From an uncultured Desulfospira sp. (GTDB lineage Bacteria; Desulfobacterota; Desulfobacteria; Desulfobacterales; Desulfobacteraceae), in the NCBI GenBank assembly GCA_963663165.1, contig OY760175.1, positions 896,001-960,000 of the forward strand: a stretch of DNA of 64,000 nt, read 5' to 3'. Positions 61,471-64,000 of this stretch are shown piece after piece. The translations under genes were made by a program, and so were the position numbers. Below the pieces are notes generated by a model that had not been told where the DNA came from, made no database searches, and was given only the letters and a program-made list of their open reading frames with translations. The stretch's first letter is position 1. Each line of letters begins with the position of its first letter.

Positions 61471-62307
61471 TTAATTGACGATGATGGGCACGGTAACCCC
61501 AAAATACCGGGCCAGGGATGTCAGGTCCCCGTCAACCAGGGCCGCGACCAGGTCAGCGCCGTCCACATCGCCGTCGTCATTGGCATCGCCGGGCACGGGA
61601 ATGTTGGCTATGCCGGTCAGGGATAAGTGGTCGTTTTCATCTTCTATGACAAGGACACCCAGGTTGGGTTCTATATAAAGCGAGAAGGTTGATTCAATTT
61701 GGTACGGGTTAACGGAATAAGTCTGGGTAGTGGTCACCTTCAGGACTTCAAAACTGCCATAGGGCATTGCCAGGGTTTGAACCCCTTCAATATCCACAGA
61801 TGATGAATAGTCTGCTTTTCCAGTTATGGGGTAGACGCCTAGTTTATAATAAAAATCGCCTTGCCCGGTTGCTACCAGGGGGTCAGCATCCGTGTCCATG
61901 GAGGGAAGGGAAATGACTTTTTTATAGGGAGACGCAAATGAAATACTCAAAGACAGGGTTGTTTCATCTCCCGGATATTCTTTTGTGCCGATTTCGTACA
62001 ACCCATCTTCTAAAACTTGGTAATATTCTTTTACCGTCTCCTCTATAGTATCATCATCATTATATGTGACCATGCGAAGCAGTCCCACGTCGACAATATC
62101 ATTGAACTTAACAGGTTCCATGACCTCAACCGTTGTTTTCTTACCGTTCTCGTCCTCATATTGCCATTGGCTGCCCGGCACCTGTAACAGATACAGGTAC
62201 GCCCCCATCTCGATCACCGGCTCTGCCATAGCGGGTGTCTGAACTGAAAGGCAAAGGGATACCCCCATTAGACCGGATATAAAAATAAAACCAATGAAAT
62301 GCTTCAT
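61471..62307 (-). CDS. Secreted protein with C-terminal dockerin-like tag
   Basis: Signal peptide; RBS GGAGG; GDANDDGDVDGADL. Confidence 0.8.
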   Translation of the reverse strand: MKHFIGFIFISGLMGVSLCLSVQTPAMAEPVIEMGAYLYLLQVPGSQWQYEDENGKKTTVEVMEPVKFNDIVDVGLLRMVTYNDDDTIEETVKEYYQVLEDGLYEIGTKEYPGDETTLSLSISFASPYKKVISLPSMDTDADPLVATGQGDFYYKLGVYPITGKADYSSSVDIEGVQTLAMPYGSFEVLKVTTTQTYSVNPYQIESTFSLYIEPNLGVLVIEDENDHLSLTGIANIPVPGDANDDGDVDGADLVAALVDGDLTSLARYFGVTVPIIVN

Positions 62308-62632
62308 GCTTAACCTCCTGTGGACTGTGCGGTTATGCGGTGTACGCCAGCCCTAACCAATTGATTTTCTGGATTTCTATTTTTCGTGTGCTGCAAAAGA
62401 TATTAAAATGGGAGCCTGCCTGGTGTCAACAAAAGAATGGTCGAAAAAAACGGTTCTGTTTCACAAGGTGCGGCACAATTTTGAACCGCCGGGTTCCGGT
62501 AACGGTCGGGAACGGTCAGGTAACGCAATTTGTGTTATTCGGCTGCCGGTATGGCTCTGTCCTTTGAGGCGGACCATGCTGATTTTACGGGGAAATGCTC
62601 TTTTATGAATTTTTTTCGACAATCAAACCCTT

Positions 62633-62648
62633 TGGCATGATGCATGCA
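62633..62648 (+). promoter_or_regulatory. Sigma-54 promoter candidate
   Basis: TGGCATGATGCATGCA (GG-N10-GC), about 140 bp upstream of DUF1638. Confidence 0.55.
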
Positions 62649-62789
62649 TTATAAATTTACAGTTATGCAGAAACCTTACCTCCATAATTTTCTGTTTAAC
62701 CACCTCACCACCGTCCGGGGCAGCTTAATACCGCCAGTGGCTGCCCCGGACTTCACCCACAAACGTTCAAGCCTTAAAAGGAAAAATCA

Positions 62790-63446
62790 ATGGAAAATGT
62801 AAGTTTTAAAGATTGCGCCATTGTCGCCTGCGGCACCATGAGCCTTGAGCTCAATCATCTCAAGGGGGAAGGGTTTCTCGATACCGATCATCTGTTTTAC
62901 ACCACCCCCGGGCTTCATCAGGATATTGTTAAACTGGAATCCCAGCTGGTCAAAATGATTGAAAAGGCCAGGACAAAAGCCGGTAAGGTCATTGTGGTGT
63001 ACGGGGGAAAGTACTGCTATGTAAACCCGGACCAGCCCACAAGACTGATGAAACACCTGGTGGAAGATCAGGGCAAGGGCATAAGTCGCGTTGATGCGAC
63101 CCATTGCATGGGCATGCTGGCCAGTGACGATGACATGAAAAAAATAGCGGAAGAAATGGCCGGCGGCGAGCCGGTCTGGTTTATGACCCCCGGCTGGGTA
63201 AAATACCGGCACGAAGTGTTCAAGGGATGGGACAAGGGGGTGGCCAACGAGAACTTCCCCCGGCATACCGGCGGCGCCATTGTCCTGGACGGCATCGGGT
63301 TTATGGACCAGTACATGGCCGAAAAGCCTGAAGAATTTCTTGAGTACTGTGACTGGATGGGAATTCCCATGCAGGCCTGCCCCATTACCCTGGACCGGTT
63401 CAAGGGGCTTTTGACGGATGCGCTGTTAAAGACGGGTCAGCCATAA
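62790..63446 (+). CDS. DUF1638 domain protein
   Basis: IVACG; PGLH; VVYG..C; HC..ML; FMTPGW. Confidence 0.8.
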   Translation: MENVSFKDCAIVACGTMSLELNHLKGEGFLDTDHLFYTTPGLHQDIVKLESQLVKMIEKARTKAGKVIVVYGGKYCYVNPDQPTRLMKHLVEDQGKGISRVDATHCMGMLASDDDMKKIAEEMAGGEPVWFMTPGWVKYRHEVFKGWDKGVANENFPRHTGGAIVLDGIGFMDQYMAEKPEEFLEYCDWMGIPMQACPITLDRFKGLLTDALLKTGQP

Positions 63447-63512
63447 CGGCCCCTATCCTGTTGGCAGAAACCGGGCGGCCCTGGTTGTTCAAACCAAAGG
63501 CTGCCCTCAAAA
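63443..63512 (+). repeat. Degenerate ~91 bp repeat with a degenerate micro-insertion (63454-63471)
   Basis: TAACGGCCCC[TATCCTGTTGGCAGAAAC]CGGGCGGCCCTGGTTGTTCAAACCAAAG. Confidence 0.6.
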
Positions 63513-63551
63513 AACCTGGCAGCCTTCAGTCTAAACCCCTTCAGCCTTTTT

Positions 63552-64000
63552 TTAGAAATAATGGGGCATGTAATCGATATCAGCCTGGTCAAATTCCTTG
63601 AACAGAAGTTTGAGCCGCTCATTGGCCGTATGGACGGCCAATGGTTTTTCATCGCTTTCCCGGGCCGTGGGATAGCAGGACAGGCAACGCTGGAACCGGC
63701 TGTTCTGCCCAAGGGCCGCAATGGTAAAGTCGGCCATCAGAAAAGTCTGTTCATTCTTTTTGGCGGCAAAATGCTCTACTGCAGGGATGATCTCCAAGCT
63801 TACGTCAATATGGACCTTATGGCCCTCTTTGGCAATATGGATATAGTCATGGATGGTCAACATCCCGCCTGTAAAAGGGTCCCGGCCAAGATCAATCTCA
63901 TCGTATTTCACCATCATTTTTTCTAAGCTGAACGAGGTGTCCGGCATTTGAATTCCCGTGTCGGCCAGCCGCTTGAAATCCCGTTTCAGATACCGGTTGG
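63552..64000 (-). CDS. 5'-partial hypothetical protein
   Basis: Frame stays open from 63552 to the window edge. Confidence 0.6.
   Translation of the reverse strand, partial: NRYLKRDFKRLADTGIQMPDTSFSLEKMMVKYDEIDLGRDPFTGGMLTIHDYIHIAKEGHKVHIDVSLEIIPAVEHFAAKKNEQTFLMADFTIAALGQNSRFQRCLSCYPTARESDEKPLAVHTANERLKLLFKEFDQADIDYMPHYF

Overview
This 64 kb window looks like a sulfate-reducing Desulfobacteraceae chromosome (inferred from gene content). No rRNA, tRNA or CRISPR array was seen. (1) 1-21.7 kb is a decayed accessory mosaic. It holds secreted and surface proteins: a dockerin-tagged protein, a lipoprotein, GspC, a tail-fibre-like protein, a lysyl-endopeptidase-like protease, a PrsT-like TPR protein and a PEP-CTERM protein. 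It also holds an IS91-like HUH transposase pseudogene, an attC-like site followed directly by an ORF-less group II intron, and several broken toxin-antitoxin modules. (2) 21.9-29.7 kb is a DUF1329/DUF1302/YCF48/MMPL-RND cluster plus an EamA transporter. (3) 29.9-38.9 kb is a type I R-M locus with intact hsdM and hsdS and a doubly inactivated hsdR. (4) 39.4-58.5 kb is a catabolic cluster: ptb-buk, a 4-hydroxybutyryl-CoA dehydratase-like enzyme, CoA ligase, TRAP transporter, beta-oxidation enzymes and an exported lactonase-like protein. (5) 59-64 kb has a globin-EAL-CZB sensor, a dockerin-tagged protein and DUF1638. The most unusual signals are an 18-19 bp hairpin micro-element inserted cleanly at four sites plus one degenerate copy, an abundant ~91 bp triple-hairpin repeat, the attC/intron/IS91-like junction, and a candidate anaerobic lactone/4-hydroxy-acid pathway. 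All assignments were made by eye; no searches were run.
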